A stretch of 63,646 nucleotides of DNA, the filler included, from Choristocarpus tenellus KU-1152 (lineage: Eukaryota; Protista; Phaeophyceae), in NCBI GenBank assembly GCA_964200185.2. It is 15 parts of 15 records of this genome, joined end to end, with 100 filler letters (N's around TTAATTAATTAA, not from the genome) between each part and the next. Parts side by side here need not be neighbours in the genome. Positions count along the whole stretch, not along the records: positions 1 to 3,535 come from CAXNAD020019395.1; positions 3,636 to 7,512 come from CAXNAD020017432.1; positions 7,613 to 12,995 come from CAXNAD020010966.1; 12 more parts are not named here. One strand, 5' to 3'. This document shows, one piece after another, positions 1 through 12,727 of the stretch. Position numbers and translations under genes: made by a program. Position 1 is the stretch's first letter, and each line of letters opens with the position of its first letter. Below the pieces are notes generated by a model. It worked only from the letters and a program-made list of their open reading frames with translations. It searched no databases and was not told the DNA's origin.

Positions 1-1406
1 GGAGAGAAAAAAGAAAGGACACACCGAAAGAAGAAAGAAAAAAAAAAAGGGGGGGAAAAAAAAACACGGGGGGGGGGGGGGGGGGGGGGAGAAGGAGAGG
101 CCAACAGTGGCAGCAAAAAGCAAAAGATGTGAGGTACCTGCACGAGACTATGTCACACTTGAAGTTCCAACTCCAGTAACCCCATAAATCACTTTGATCT
201 GTTGGTAATCACAATAAACATAGTTGTTGTAACTTGGACACGCACAAGCCATTCTGGAGTGTCTGAAAGCGTGATAGCAGAGATGTGTACAATAGTGAAC
301 CAAGAAAAATTAGAAAAAAAAACGGATGAAAACAATGCAGTCATCGGGCACACACTCACTGATACATAGCTTAGAAACACAGAATTAAGATCAAATGTGC
401 ACAGCACACAACAATCAACTCAAGTAGAAGGGAGTAGAGGGCTTAATGAATGTATGTAGGCAACGTTTTGCGGGAGGAGTTCGTGACTATTCAACTTGAC
501 TATTCAAGCAAGTATTGAACGCAATGGCAAGCCACAACTACACCTTCAAATATCATTTTCAGAGAGAAAACGCCAGTTATCCACACATGAGTTTCAGGAG
601 AGGGCATGCAGCAAGACCCACACCAGGAAGGTGCCATGGTCTAGTGCATACTCCCACAGAGTAGATCAGGAATCAATTAGTTCTTTCACACACGGTTGTG
701 ACCATTTTCATAGGCGTACATCAATGAGCCATGCATTCCCTAGTGCAGAACAAGGAGGATACAAGCTGGTCTCACTTTGAGCACCACAGGACAAGTTATT
801 ACTGTGTCATCTACATGTACCCTTTCTTGTTCGCATCTTGAATAGGTACCACATACCTCATTTCGACCACGATAGTAAAACTACTGCACCACAATATGGC
901 AGGTGAACTCAGACACACAGATTAAAAAATGCAACAGAGCTCTTGTACCCAGCCTTGTCTCAAACTCATATTTAGTTGTGGGTTAGGGTTAGGTTAAGAA
1001 CTTATCAACACACTATCAACTATGGATTGAAGGAACCAGTCAAACTTCACCTGGGAAGGTCTAGTCTGAAACAATAACAGTTAAGATCATGCACCATCCA
1101 TGCCTAGGCTGTGCAAAAAGCACTCTCTATCTCTCTTTCACAATCTATTTAAAGCAGTAGGTAGACCCCCATTTGCTCTGTAGCACCCTGTAGCCATTCC
1201 CTGCACAAACAATACCACCTACGTCAACACCTCTGGTCAACTGAGAGATCCAGCAGGGAAAGGCTCAAGAATTTGACTTCACATATCACCACTACTCAAA
1301 AAAAGACTTGAGGCGAAATTGTCTCCAAAATAAAGAAAAGTGCAGCATTTCACACACCCTCACAGGTATGGTCGCCTCCAAAAAAATCCTATTTTTCAAG
1401 CCTCAC

Positions 1407-1535
1407 CACCAGAGAATCCCCCAGTCGAGAACGTCCTGAGGACGATGCTCGTGCACCGTTCACAAATGCACCACCTCCTCTCACAGCCTGGTAAAGCTCG
1501 TCTAGGCAAGGGTCGTAGACCACCCCCACCTCCAT
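1407..1535 (-). CDS. Inositol monophosphatase family exon (downstream exon of a partial gene)
   Basis: AG|ATGGAG...GTG|GTGAGG exon of 129 nt, MEVGVVYDPCLDELYQAVRGGGAFVNG, matching the IMPase 'GVVY.P...ELY.A..G.GA..NG' segment; joins in phase 0 to the 2708-2933 exon. Confidence 0.9.
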
Positions 1536-2707
1536 CTTCAAGTTCAATTCAGAGAGGTACACGGGAGAACAAAAGTCGTGCAGGAGAGATGATAAAGTAT
1601 ATACCTCATGTGAACAAAACGGCAAGAGCGCATGCTGAAACCACATCTATTCCTATCTTATTTTATTGGGGGAGGGGGGGGGGGGCAAATAGATTTAAAA
1701 CATTCGTATTGTACCAGCCAGAACAAAAATAGGAACACGAGGTATTTTTTCATTCCGTGTTCTGCCTGGCGCTTGACAGAAGAAGTACTCCCACAAGACG
1801 AAGGATGGGTGTGGATGTATATACACTAGCACAGATGTGATGCAATTAATTCTCAGCAGCCCGGATCGTTTTTGGTCTGGCTACATTGATACAGCACACC
1901 CAGAGCAGATGGAGGAGCCCAGCTGGGCTAAATCTTATTGTGCTGGTGAGGTGTATGGTGTATAAAGCAACTGTTATGATTTTACACTGAACAACATCAA
2001 TCTCAATCATGGTTCCCAATCACTCTTCTTGTGCCATATCATACCATAAATCTGTGCCGACAACTGACTCCTTGTTCCACATTGATTCCTCCCACCTCCT
2101 CTTACTTTCTTGTTTGTACTTCACCACAAGTATCATACTGAATGCACTGTACGCTATCACAGAAAGAGTCAACAGCACAATTAACCAATCGCTGAATCGC
2201 TGTTGAACAAAATCAATGCCATTGAAAAAAAACAAAAAACAAAAACCCAAAACCACAAAACACACACACACACACACAATAAACTTCTTCCACATTCAAA
2301 GTACCACAAACTGCAGGTGCAGCACAGAGCAATTCCAATTTAAAAAATGAGCTCTATTGTTATGCTACAAGTGACAGATACCATAGCTGTTGCAGGGCAC
2401 TACAGAGCAACCAAACAGTCCAAAGGAAATTTCAAACAGTAAAGAACCCCCCCCCCAAAAAAAAAAGTTTTACTACACTACTACACTCCACAACTATATT
2501 ATCACTGATACATACAGCTCCTATTCTTATTAAATGTGCAATTTTTAATATGAACACCACGGTTTTAACCAACTCACTACACTATCAAAAGAAAAAAAGA
2601 GCAACGCCCAACAATAGTAATTTTGCAGTCCTAAAATAACCACATGGTAGAAAAAAAACACTCTACTTCAGCCCCCGTACCCCCCCCACAAACCAAGGAT
2701 GCCTCAC

Positions 2708-2933
2708 CTTGCCTCCACGCCCAAAACCAATAGACACAGTAGTCATTGGGAAACCATGAACAAAGTTTGTAGTACCATCCACAGGGTCAACAATCCAAGT
2801 GGGTGCATCAGTCAGGTCTGGGATCGAACCTGAACTCGCACTGCTCTCTTCCCCGATGAGGAGATCTCCAGGAAAGCACCTCCGGATGGCATCAAATATC
2901 ATTTTCTCATTTGCCTGGTCTGTTTCTGTGACC
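2708..2933 (-). CDS. Inositol monophosphatase family exon (metal-binding motifs)
   Basis: VTETD...IGEE...TWIVDPVDGTTNFVHG = IMPase signature (GEE, DP.DGT); donor AAG|GTGAGG at 2708/2707; 5' boundary is approximate because it lies next to a low-quality poly-G stretch. Confidence 0.92.
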
Positions 2934-3535
2934 CTTTTCAAGTTTCAGGGGGGGGGGGGGGGGGTTTTTTTTCTTGCTCCGATGTTTTTTGGAGCGGGTT
3001 TTTGGAAGGGGGGTTTTGTTGACCTTTGTTNNNNNNNNNNATTCTTTTTTTTTTTTTTTTTTTGTGTCGTGTTTTTTGTTTTGGTCCTTGGTGGGGGGGG
3101 GGGGGGGGGGGGGGGGGTCTTCTTTTTCATGCTAGTATGTATTGTGGAGCTGGTATTGGGAAGGACGGTGTTGTTGACATATGCTTTGGAGTGTATGTGT
3201 ATGTACGCAAACGTTTGGTTGAGGATGGGGCCAATAGCTGGAAGAGTTATTAGGGATGAGAGGGCAGATAGGTGTCGAGATTTTGAGATAACTCTGTTTC
3301 ATAACAGGTAGGAGTGCCATGTGAATCTACTGCATCAGTGGCACAGTGATATCTCAATACCTTGAAAAAGGGGGGGAGGTTCAGGGGGAGAGTGGGGAGC
3401 GTTAAATACAGAAATTGCACAATTAATATAGCAAAGGAGGCTAAATATGAACTTTGGGGGGGGGGGGGGATGCTCTTCTTTGTGTATTAATCGGTTTATC
3501 GGATAGTGTCTTCTGTGTGACAATGTACAGCACAA

Positions 3536-3635
3536 NNNNNNNNNNNNNNNNNNNNNNNNNNNNNNNNNNNNNNNNNNNNTTAATTAATTAANNNNNNNNN
3601 NNNNNNNNNNNNNNNNNNNNNNNNNNNNNNNNNNN
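3536..3635. other. Artificial contig linker N44-TTAATTAATTAA-N44 (first of 14)
   Basis: Identical 100-bp linkers with stops in all six frames start at 3536, 7513, 12996, 17310, 20389, 23227, 28164, 32754, 37374, 40266, 46062, 51870, 56177, 60154. Confidence 0.98.
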
Positions 3636-6600
3636 CCCCCCCAGATACCTTGAGTCTCCACTACTTCAGTGTTTCGCCTCTGATGATTTTCTCTCTACAA
3701 CTCGCACCTAAATTCTGATGTAGTTGTTTCAGGGATCACTATCTGCACATCAATTCTTCTGAATTGTCCAGTACAAAGTGTGGACCCCCCATCTTCTCGT
3801 CACTCAGGAAGTGGCGAAAAGTGCAGGATGGAAGTGTGGAAGAAATTTCTGTTAGAATATTTCTTACGTCTGGGTTATTGTTGTGGACTACTCTCTATTG
3901 CAACCAATCTCGAGGGTAAAATTACAATAATGTAAAACAGGTGGACACAAGGCTTGGGCTTTAGTACACTATTCCACTAGCCAGGTAAGAATGTGGAACA
4001 AAAACGTTTAGGAGGCGTTCTGGTTCGTTGATATGCTGGAACTAAACGAGAATGTACCATCCGTGCTCTCAGGCAACACAGTAGTATCCTAAATGAACAT
4101 GTGAGATGTGGGCACACATAGTTGAATCACTCCCCTATTAATATTGCATATGGGAGTTTTTACACTGTTTACGACAAGTGCTCATCCAATAAGTGAATTG
4201 TATTCCCAGCTGCCCATCATTATCACACAAAGCATTGCTTTTGCCTTCTATATGTAATACGCACCATGCCCATGCAATAATGCAGTCAATCTGGATTAAG
4301 AGAGTGTGACTGTAGAAGATTCACTGTAAACACATTGTTACCCGAAAAACACTCCACATTGCTCAAAACAAGTGTACTGCAAGGCTGTCGTAGGAGCCCT
4401 TCAAACTCAACGACACCCTCCTTTTAGATGGTATCACTCATCATTGTCAGCTGACTACTCCTGAAATATAGACTGATATTTTAAACTCTTGTGGTGTGCA
4501 ATTGGCAATGTCCTCGGATGAGGTATTTAAACTGCCCCATCTCTTGTGTAGAGGAGCACAATAGATAGAATGAAAATCCTTTCCACTGTTGGTGAGATCA
4601 ATGGTCGTCCCACCTCTGAGGAACAGACAAGACCTTGGAGAACGTGGAAAGGGAACCTGGTACCTTCTTTCTTCCTTTCTGGTCAGCCATTGCAGCATAG
4701 CCTATTGAAATTGACCTCCAGGCAATTTCTCCTTGTAACCACTCCATACTCTCGGGAGGGGAACATTAAAGCCCTACCTTTCAACCGGGTAAGATACATT
4801 CTGTGGATATTGAAACGAGACCTGCAGCTTTGACATTTGGTGTTAACTTCAACACGTACTGAAACTCGCCGAAATTGGACATGTAGGGGGGATATTCCTG
4901 GACAGATGGGCACCTAGCAGTGGAGGCGGGTCTTGTTCACTTCACTCCAAGAAGTGCAGATACCTTCGCCGTGACAAACCTTAAACCTTCCTCACACGAT
5001 AATAGTAACATTCACATACATGTTTTGTTCCAATAATAAAAGATTTATGTGTGTGTGATATTCTGCGCGACAGACGCGCGAGTATCATTGTTGAAGTGAC
5101 AACTTCATGCTCAACAACTTCACAAAAAGCATGGAAGGGTGAACCAGGACAGTCAGTTTGGTATGGTTCTGGGAAAAACCATGAAGCGTTTGGTTGGCAC
5201 TGCAGAATTTGCAATGGTTGCTCTGGCATGGTCCCGAGAGGCTAGAGCTACCGGGAGTGATGTCGCATTTGCTACCACGCCTTGGACATCGTCTGCCCCT
5301 TTTGCTCTAAGATCCTCCTCAGCACGACCTGCATGGCGAACCCCTTCGCTAGTGCAGGTTGGCGCAGGTATTTCGCTATCTTCTTCAAAACACCTGGACG
5401 CACACGCATGAGGCTAGAACCCACTTATACCCCACCATCCATTTGTTACCCTCTTCCAAGGCTTTACGAGACACCTCTTACCAACAAGGTCAACGCTAGA
5501 GATGACCAACTTGACGCCAAGAATGGTATCAGAGGCGCTAGCATGCGCCTCAGATGGAGAATGGGCAGGGTGGGAATGTCAATTCTCCGGTTTTGATGGG
5601 TCTCGCATTGCTGTTGCGGAGGATTACGTCCCCGAGTCCCTGCGTGAGTGGGACGTGGAGGTGAGAGAATGCGTCGACAAACCTGCACCATTTCCCACAG
5701 CCGACTGAGACGGTTTCGACCATTTCGACGACTTCTTTCATTATCATCCGCTTTAATGCGCTAAGCATTGCAGGAATGACCCAAGTACCCCCACGTGCCA
5801 TTGTTAGGTGTGGGGCTTTGAGACATTGACTAGTGAACAATGGCGAACTTCTGGAGGATGGGAGTTATACCGGAAGCGGGGTAGGGTCTTCCCAGAGGTG
5901 GGATGCTCCTTGGATAACCTCTCCTTGTGAGTGAACCTGGAGTGAATCATCAGTATTCTCAAAGAATTATTATGTTCTAAGGATATCTCCAGGAAGCAAA
6001 ACTATTATCCTTGAGGCTTGAACTTGGTCGGATCCAGTATGACAAACCAAGTAACATTTCAGGGGATTCCGTTACATCTGCATATTTTGCGAGGTGGTGA
6101 ACCGATGGTTTTCTCCATATTAATCCGTTCTCCCTTCAATGATTGGCGAGAGGATGTCATGATGCTAGTTACTAATTTGAGTATGACCAGGATCGAGGCA
6201 AGATGTTGTCCACATTATGATCCTCTGTTCTTCAGATATTAGAACATTACACACATTACATGGAAGGGATGCTGCATTGTGAAAGGTGTGAAGTATTCAC
6301 AACTATAGCTCAGATTCCCATCTTAGAGGGTGCCACTCTCCACCAACCCTGTGCATACACTATTAACCTCTCCCACCGACCCACACCTGTACTTGCTATC
6401 CTTCTGGCAAGGGAGGTTAATGCCCAAAACCTGCCGTTGGTTGGAGATAAGGTCAGCCTGGTCTCGTTTTCAGATGGTAGCTACGTCCTCAACAAGGTAC
6501 TTGGAGAAAATAACAGTATATTTACATTAAACTACAAGAAGGCACATTCTTCAGCAATGAAGATGACCAAATTGCCTTGGTCCTGACACATATTCGACTC

Positions 6601-8101
6601 ATCCATCCCCACTCCTGTGATGTTATGCTATTCCCATGCCCGGGGGTCAAGACATCCAGCCTGCAGTGAAGCAATCAAGATGCTTGGCAACCTTGCAAGA
6701 AGGTCTTCCCCATCTCCTCTGACTCTCTTACCTGCACTCCCCACTCTCTTGAGTGTTGCCTACAAGAACACCCAAAACAATAAAATTGCTGCCACAAAAC
6801 TACACCCACTCTCCATTTCCCCCTCATGGACACCACAGCACCCAGATGCTGGTGGTGGTGTTGTGTCAGTGGAGTCTTGCCTTCGACTGAAAGACGGTCC
6901 CCAGCGAGCTAGGTTTCAGGTTGGATTTGATATTGGTAAGGGGAAGCTTGGAACTGTCACCATTACCCGTGAGCGCAAGTATCGTGTGGATTTCGATGAT
7001 GGAGAGCTTTATAAGGGTGAGGATTATTTTAAAACTTGAGAGCACAACAAGTCCATCAGGGGAGGGAGACAAGGGAAGTGAGAATCAGTGGTGTTCAGGG
7101 GATTAGTAGTGGCAAATCATAACCCTTTTCCTCAAGAACACACAATCTGGATGACAGGTGGTGGTCTGGACTCGCAGAACCTGGGCCGCCTGCTGGGTGC
7201 AACATGCTTTGCAGAGACATCAACCGCCCCTACCTCCTCTGAACTAGCAGGGGACTGGATATCTGTATCTGGCTACTGGCAGGTGCATCCCGCCCTATGT
7301 ATCGTATGTCACATTCTTACCACCACGGTACTGTCGTGATAATAAAACTAAAGATAGTGGGACCACTGGGGAGACGTTGGACCTACCTTTTTTAGAAGAT
7401 TCAACATGGCAGGGATCTTTACAGGCATAAATGATACTGTAGTAAATGTACTACAGAGTGTACATGTATCTGTAATGACCGAAAGTATCTGAAGGGGGGG
7501 GGGGGGGGGGGGNNNNNNNNNNNNNNNNNNNNNNNNNNNNNNNNNNNNNNNNNNNNTTAATTAATTAANNNNNNNNNNNNNNNNNNNNNNNNNNNNNNNN
7601 NNNNNNNNNNNNCCCCTAGATACTTTGGGTCATCTGTGCTTAATAATGATGGGGGCTGCTAGACTATCACTGAGCTTTCAAGGACACCTATCAATACTCA
7701 GTTAGATCTGTGGAGTGTTATATTATTGTATTATACTTTGGAGTATGTAAGTAATCTTAACAGAACTTATCGCTATTACAAGAGTCATCAGCACGAGTGC
7801 GTAAAACCAGACGTATGAAATTTGATATTATTTGCAATCTACCATTCAAAAAGACCTAGGTACGAGAATATGTGTATGATGCCTCGGACTACTTTTGAAA
7901 AATCCCTGGAGGAACTTGGTATCAGTCTCTGATTTTTTTGCGATCCTGTAGGGTTCACAATCCAAATATATGTGATCTACCCATTTCTAGGTCTGTCTTT
8001 CTTTTTCGATGGGACTAGAATTGACTAGTATTGTTACACTACAATAATTACGCAGTGTGTTGTCACTTTTTTTGATAATAACGATTATTATTCTTGCTAC
8101 A

Positions 8102-8284
8102 AGCTCAGAGTATCTGGGGTGGGGTGGGGTCTACAGCAGGGTGTCCATTCGGGCCCTGACCAGGAGAAATGAACTTACATTATCCATCCGACACAGGCAA
8201 CCAAATCACCCAGAAATTGCAACATTGAAAAATGGGCCCTGAATGGACAGCGAGCGGTCACCCCACCCCTAGATACTTCGAGCC
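8102..8284 (+). mobile_element. Complete ~183-bp MITE, subfamily A (G-rich TIR)
   Basis: Left AGCTCAGAGTATCTGGGGTGGGGTG and right CACCCCACCCCTAGATACTTCGAGCC are inverted; the interior matches copies at 17425-17609 (reverse), 28088-28163 and 40160-40265; no clean TSD in this diverged copy. Confidence 0.85.
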
Positions 8285-8904
8285 ATGTTGTTACTGTTGT
8301 GGTCACCTAACTCTGGAGAGTATCTCAACCTGTGGTCAGGGACACTTCACATTGGACTACTTGTACTTACGATTATTTCTCTATGTATCTGACTCTTGCA
8401 CTATTCTATTATTATTTATAGCTCTTGCACCACGACTATTTTATTACGGTCTTCGTGTACACTGCATTTCTTCCTCGTTGGGTTCAGCAATCCCAATATC
8501 TTGTCGCTCGGCCTACTCCCTTGATCCTTGTCCTGAACCCACCTCGACGTTTACCAGCTTACTCTCGGTCGGGGGGGGTTGTGGTAAGGAATGGATAAGA
8601 CAGTACAGGGCAGGTGTACAGTACAATCCTCTCCCCTTGCCATATGATAGGATTATCGAAATGATATTTCCGTGAAAAGAATCTGGCGTCCTTAGGATCC
8701 GAACCCCCCAAATTCATATATCGAACATCCTACTTAAACTGTCACCCACACCCTCGTTTTATATTTTTTCGATTTGTTGTGATATTATCATCATTAGTAG
8801 TAGTAGTAGTATTATCACCATCACAATATCCTAAAGTAATCCAAAGAAGGCGGTGCATACTGGTTGAAAAAAAACAAGGACCACAAAAGAAATAAAGGAA
8901 GCCA

Positions 8905-9190
8905 CACAGTCATACCACTCCTGTTGATTAGTACATTTCGAGCTCCAACCCTCAACTCCAATCCCAAACTTGTCAAGGTCATATTGGAGACATGTCCACC
9001 GTACTTCTGTTGTTTCACATGCAAGTTCCCCGAACAGGATTACTTCGGGAAGTAGCCAATCTCCCATACAAGCAATTAACCCAGCAAATAGGACCCTCTG
9101 CTTGCGTACCGTTGACTCAATACTCTCATGTTCAGTCTTCGTAGTAAGACCATATTTCTAGGATATTACATGCTACATTTCTGTTTGTGG
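8905..9190 (-). mobile_element. 3' remnant of an RTE-clade non-LTR retrotransposon
   Basis: Minus frame ESIESTVRKQRVLFAGLIACMGDWLLPEVILFGEL...WTCLQYDLDKFGIGVEGW...EWYDCV resembles the RTE C-terminal 'RRL.WAGH..RM...RLPK..LFGEL...W...L..DL...GI...W' pattern. Confidence 0.72.
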
Positions 9191-11533
9191 AAACCTATGC
9201 AGTGGAGGGGAATTTACGACTATAGCGGTGGAGCTGCCGGAAATGAGTCTGCTGGAGTGTCCACATCATACGACCATGTAACAGAACTTTTGAATACTTT
9301 AGCATTGAGCATTCGAATCTTAATAAGTTCAAGTGAGAGATGAGGTCGTGTTATAATGGAACTTGACTGAATTTGCGAAAACAGGACTTAATTATTTTTT
9401 TTCTCTGACTGATCTCAGCAGTAATAGCCTCATCATCACTGATGGTTCCCCCCCAACGTAAACAAACTTATCAGTCTCCTTCTAGATCTGGTCCAGTGCG
9501 AGGACACATAGAGTCGGTCTTCAATATCGATGAGAATACCAGATAACAGAAACCTTTTTGGTTCGATTGATGATCTGAAAAAAATCCCTATGGGTATTAT
9601 GGTATTAGACATTTTATTGATGGCTTATTAGTTTAAGGTGGTAACTACCTCCATTAAATTGGTTCAAATCTCTTCGGTGCCAGATTTATTTTCCCGGAAA
9701 TCTGGTTTCGATGATGTTATTCCACATGGCAAACTCAACGGATGGTACACCTACACTACTTTTATCTGATGCTACAACACGAAAACGTAGGACCGAGGTA
9801 AAGGTTTGAAGCTTCGGGGTGGGTCCACCGGACCATTTAAGGAAGGAGATGGGGTGACAAGGGGTTGGAGTCCTGAATCCAATGCGCGAGAAGCAAGGCA
9901 GGGAGGTAATACAACTAGTCCTAGTGCAACAACTAGTCGTTAGTATGAGAAGTAGGGCAGTAAGTAGCGGCTCTGACCATGGGTCGGGATATTACAACAA
10001 TAATAAAGGGGTATGCTTTTTGGTAGATGCTATGCATTATAAGGAAATTCTTAACAATTGAATTACAGGACAAACTCTGGCTTCATGTGTAACTTAAATT
10101 TTGCCCTTGGGCCGTCTGGCCTTCAACCTGGTCCGCGTAGAGTATACGTATGCAACAAATAGTACACAATAGAGATCTATATTTATTTGTGAATCATCCT
10201 TGGGTCCTTTAAAATTATTGAGATACCGCTGGGGCAGATAGTGGCCATAACTATCTGAATTAGTGGACGTGGTATCTTGATCGTAGGAACCCCAAAATCA
10301 CGTAAGAAGGAGCTCTTTTTGGGGGTGGAATGGAACGCCATTTGTGTTCTGCACGCTTTTTCCAGATGCGTAATTGTAGAGACCCCCAGATTAAATTGAT
10401 ATCTGTATTGCACAACGGTGTGCTGCATGGTCTCTTCTTCACTTTTCCATATTGTTATCCAGAGGCGTCATTTTGGGAAATTAGCCGTGTTTCTTGCAAT
10501 TTGTTCCACAACGACAGGGACACATACATGGTAGGCACACGGGGCAGGCGAGTATCCCTCAAAGATACTTTATAGACCTACTCCCTGCCACCCCATGTGT
10601 GCAACATTTTAGTGTCTTCAAGGTCTTGTTGCGTGAATGGAAGTGAAGGCTTTCCTTCAACGCACCTTCCTATGTGTTAAGAATGTTGATGGTAGAAGGT
10701 GTGGGATACAACCCCCAATTAATGCAACCAGGGGAACTGAGATGGGCGGGACTGAGGTCTGCACTCCATCTGTGTTGCTGTTTTTGTATCTGTGCCTCAG
10801 ACAAACCTGTGGATCAGATGCTCTTTTTCTCTCTCCTGGTTGTCCCTTCAATCAATATTATTTTGTGTGCTTGGTCCCTGCACCTCATGTGGAAATCGTA
10901 TCTTTGTGCTTCTTTACAAATTTCTCCCAACTAGAGAATTGCATGCACTCAGGGAAACATGTTGTGATGATCCTGTCGAGTGATATTCTTGTGTAAATCC
11001 ACATAGGTGTGCATATAGCATTTTTTCATGGAATCACAAAAAAGAAATAAGAACAAAGCTCCTCTCTGACACTGTTGTGCTTCAATCCTACTATAATATA
11101 CCTGAGTCAGACCATAACAAATTGGTGGACTAACCCTCCACCTTTCTGAAGCCTCATGTACGAGGTGAGAGGGTGAGGTAAATAGAAATTGGAATGTCTT
11201 CATAGAACCAACATATATGGGCTATCCAGGTTTCTCTTGTCTCATTGGCGAAGGAAGTTGTTCCCTGTATGAATTTCGCTGGTTGAAACCCCATCAACCT
11301 AGGCATGGTTTAACGGAATTATGGCTACAATGATCCGAAGTCCACGTGGCAAGTACTACAGATTGTGTACCTGTACTATTTTCACGGTGGCTATGCCACA
11401 AAACACCAGACCAAGAACGAGGTGCATAGGAGATATTATTTCTATTCCCTAACTACACCCGTAATATTAGCTACTACTGTAACTATGTACTTCCTGTCCG
11501 TTTGTCCCTTCTTCCTTGTTGGAATCAGTCATG

Positions 11534-12727
11534 CAGTACAGCACGAAAGTCTCAACCTGAATCACACTTGGCGTTGAGCAGTTCATCTGTATTCGTTGTG
11601 CTTGACATTGTTGGAATTTAATTCCTGGTGTTTATCATTTGTAAGTGCTGTTAGACCTTTCCAAAAAGTGACATATAGAAAAACTTCACACACCTTGTGA
11701 GTCCAATAGTGTAGCTACAAAACTTTTATCACCTCTTCCACACAAACTAGTGTAATAATGACAACTTCCAAAGATGCAAACTTGACAATTTAAACAGTGT
11801 AAACATCGTGTCACCCAAACATACTCAGTATTGTCTGCCTTCAATCTCGACCTTCTCCGCCGATCTCACCTCATAACTCTTTTTAATCTCTGTATTTGTG
11901 TTGGTATCTAATTTTTAGCCCCTTGATAATATGAACTCAATTATGTGTGGGCTAACCAATTTCCGATTGTTTTTCGTTTCAAAACTACTTTATTGTTGGG
12001 TTGTACTTGCGAACCGTTTACACATGGATGATGAAGGTAGTAAGCTTAGATAATTTTTCAGTATGCCTCTGATTTTGACAAGATTGGAGGTTGCTGCCAA
12101 CTTCATGTTGCTTTGATACAATGTCAAATGCATAATAATAAAATGCAATGGTACACATGATACCACTGAAGTCATAGATGTTGCTTGCTGATGGTATGCA
12201 ATCGTTACCTAATACCATCGTCAATTTCGTTCTCGATCATATCATACCGCTCACTCCATTTTTCTGAATATGAGCAATTCAATGAAAAACAAAACTAGAA
12301 AAGGGTCAAAAGAGTCCACATAGCAGTGGGTACTTCATTTCTTAGGGTGAAAAATCAGACATTGTTACTTTTATATATGTATTTGTAATGTTTGGCCTTT
12401 TCCCTGACACAATTGTAGAATGTGAGAGAGAAAAATAATATGTAATATTTATCTACACAAAATCAGAGATTTACATACATGTATGAGGTGAGGAATAAAG
12501 ATTGAGTTGAAGGTAGAAAATACTATTCAGTGAAGATGTTACGCTGTCAACTTTACAATGTGTGTGTGATCTTTTGGTATGTGTAAATACATGTTTTAAC
12601 CTAGTAGCGTCCAGGAGTGGATAAACCTGATTTGCCGTTCAATTCCATCACTGTCAATCAAGCACAACAAAAGATAAAGTGCTCAACGCCAAGTTAGATC
12701 CAGGGTGGTAACTTTCGTGCCCTACTG
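11534..12727. mobile_element. Non-autonomous Tc1/mariner-like element with ~110-bp imperfect TIRs
   Basis: CAGTACAGCACGAAAGT...CACTTGGCGTTGAGCA...GTTGTGCTTGA (11534-~11630) is inverted at ~12640-12727 (TCAAGCACAAC...TGCTCAACGCCAAGT...ACTTTCGTGCCCTACTG) followed by TA; CAGT termini; no intact ORF inside. Confidence 0.75.

Noticed and set aside
2799-3311. Poly-Gly/Pro/Phe/Lys ORFs (also 20087-20436 and 23000-23282)
   Set aside because: Translations of homopolymer runs and N gaps at low-quality contig ends.
3580-3591. Recurrent TTAATTAATTAA palindrome as a biological motif
   Set aside because: Always centred in N44...N44; it is an artificial six-frame-stop linker.
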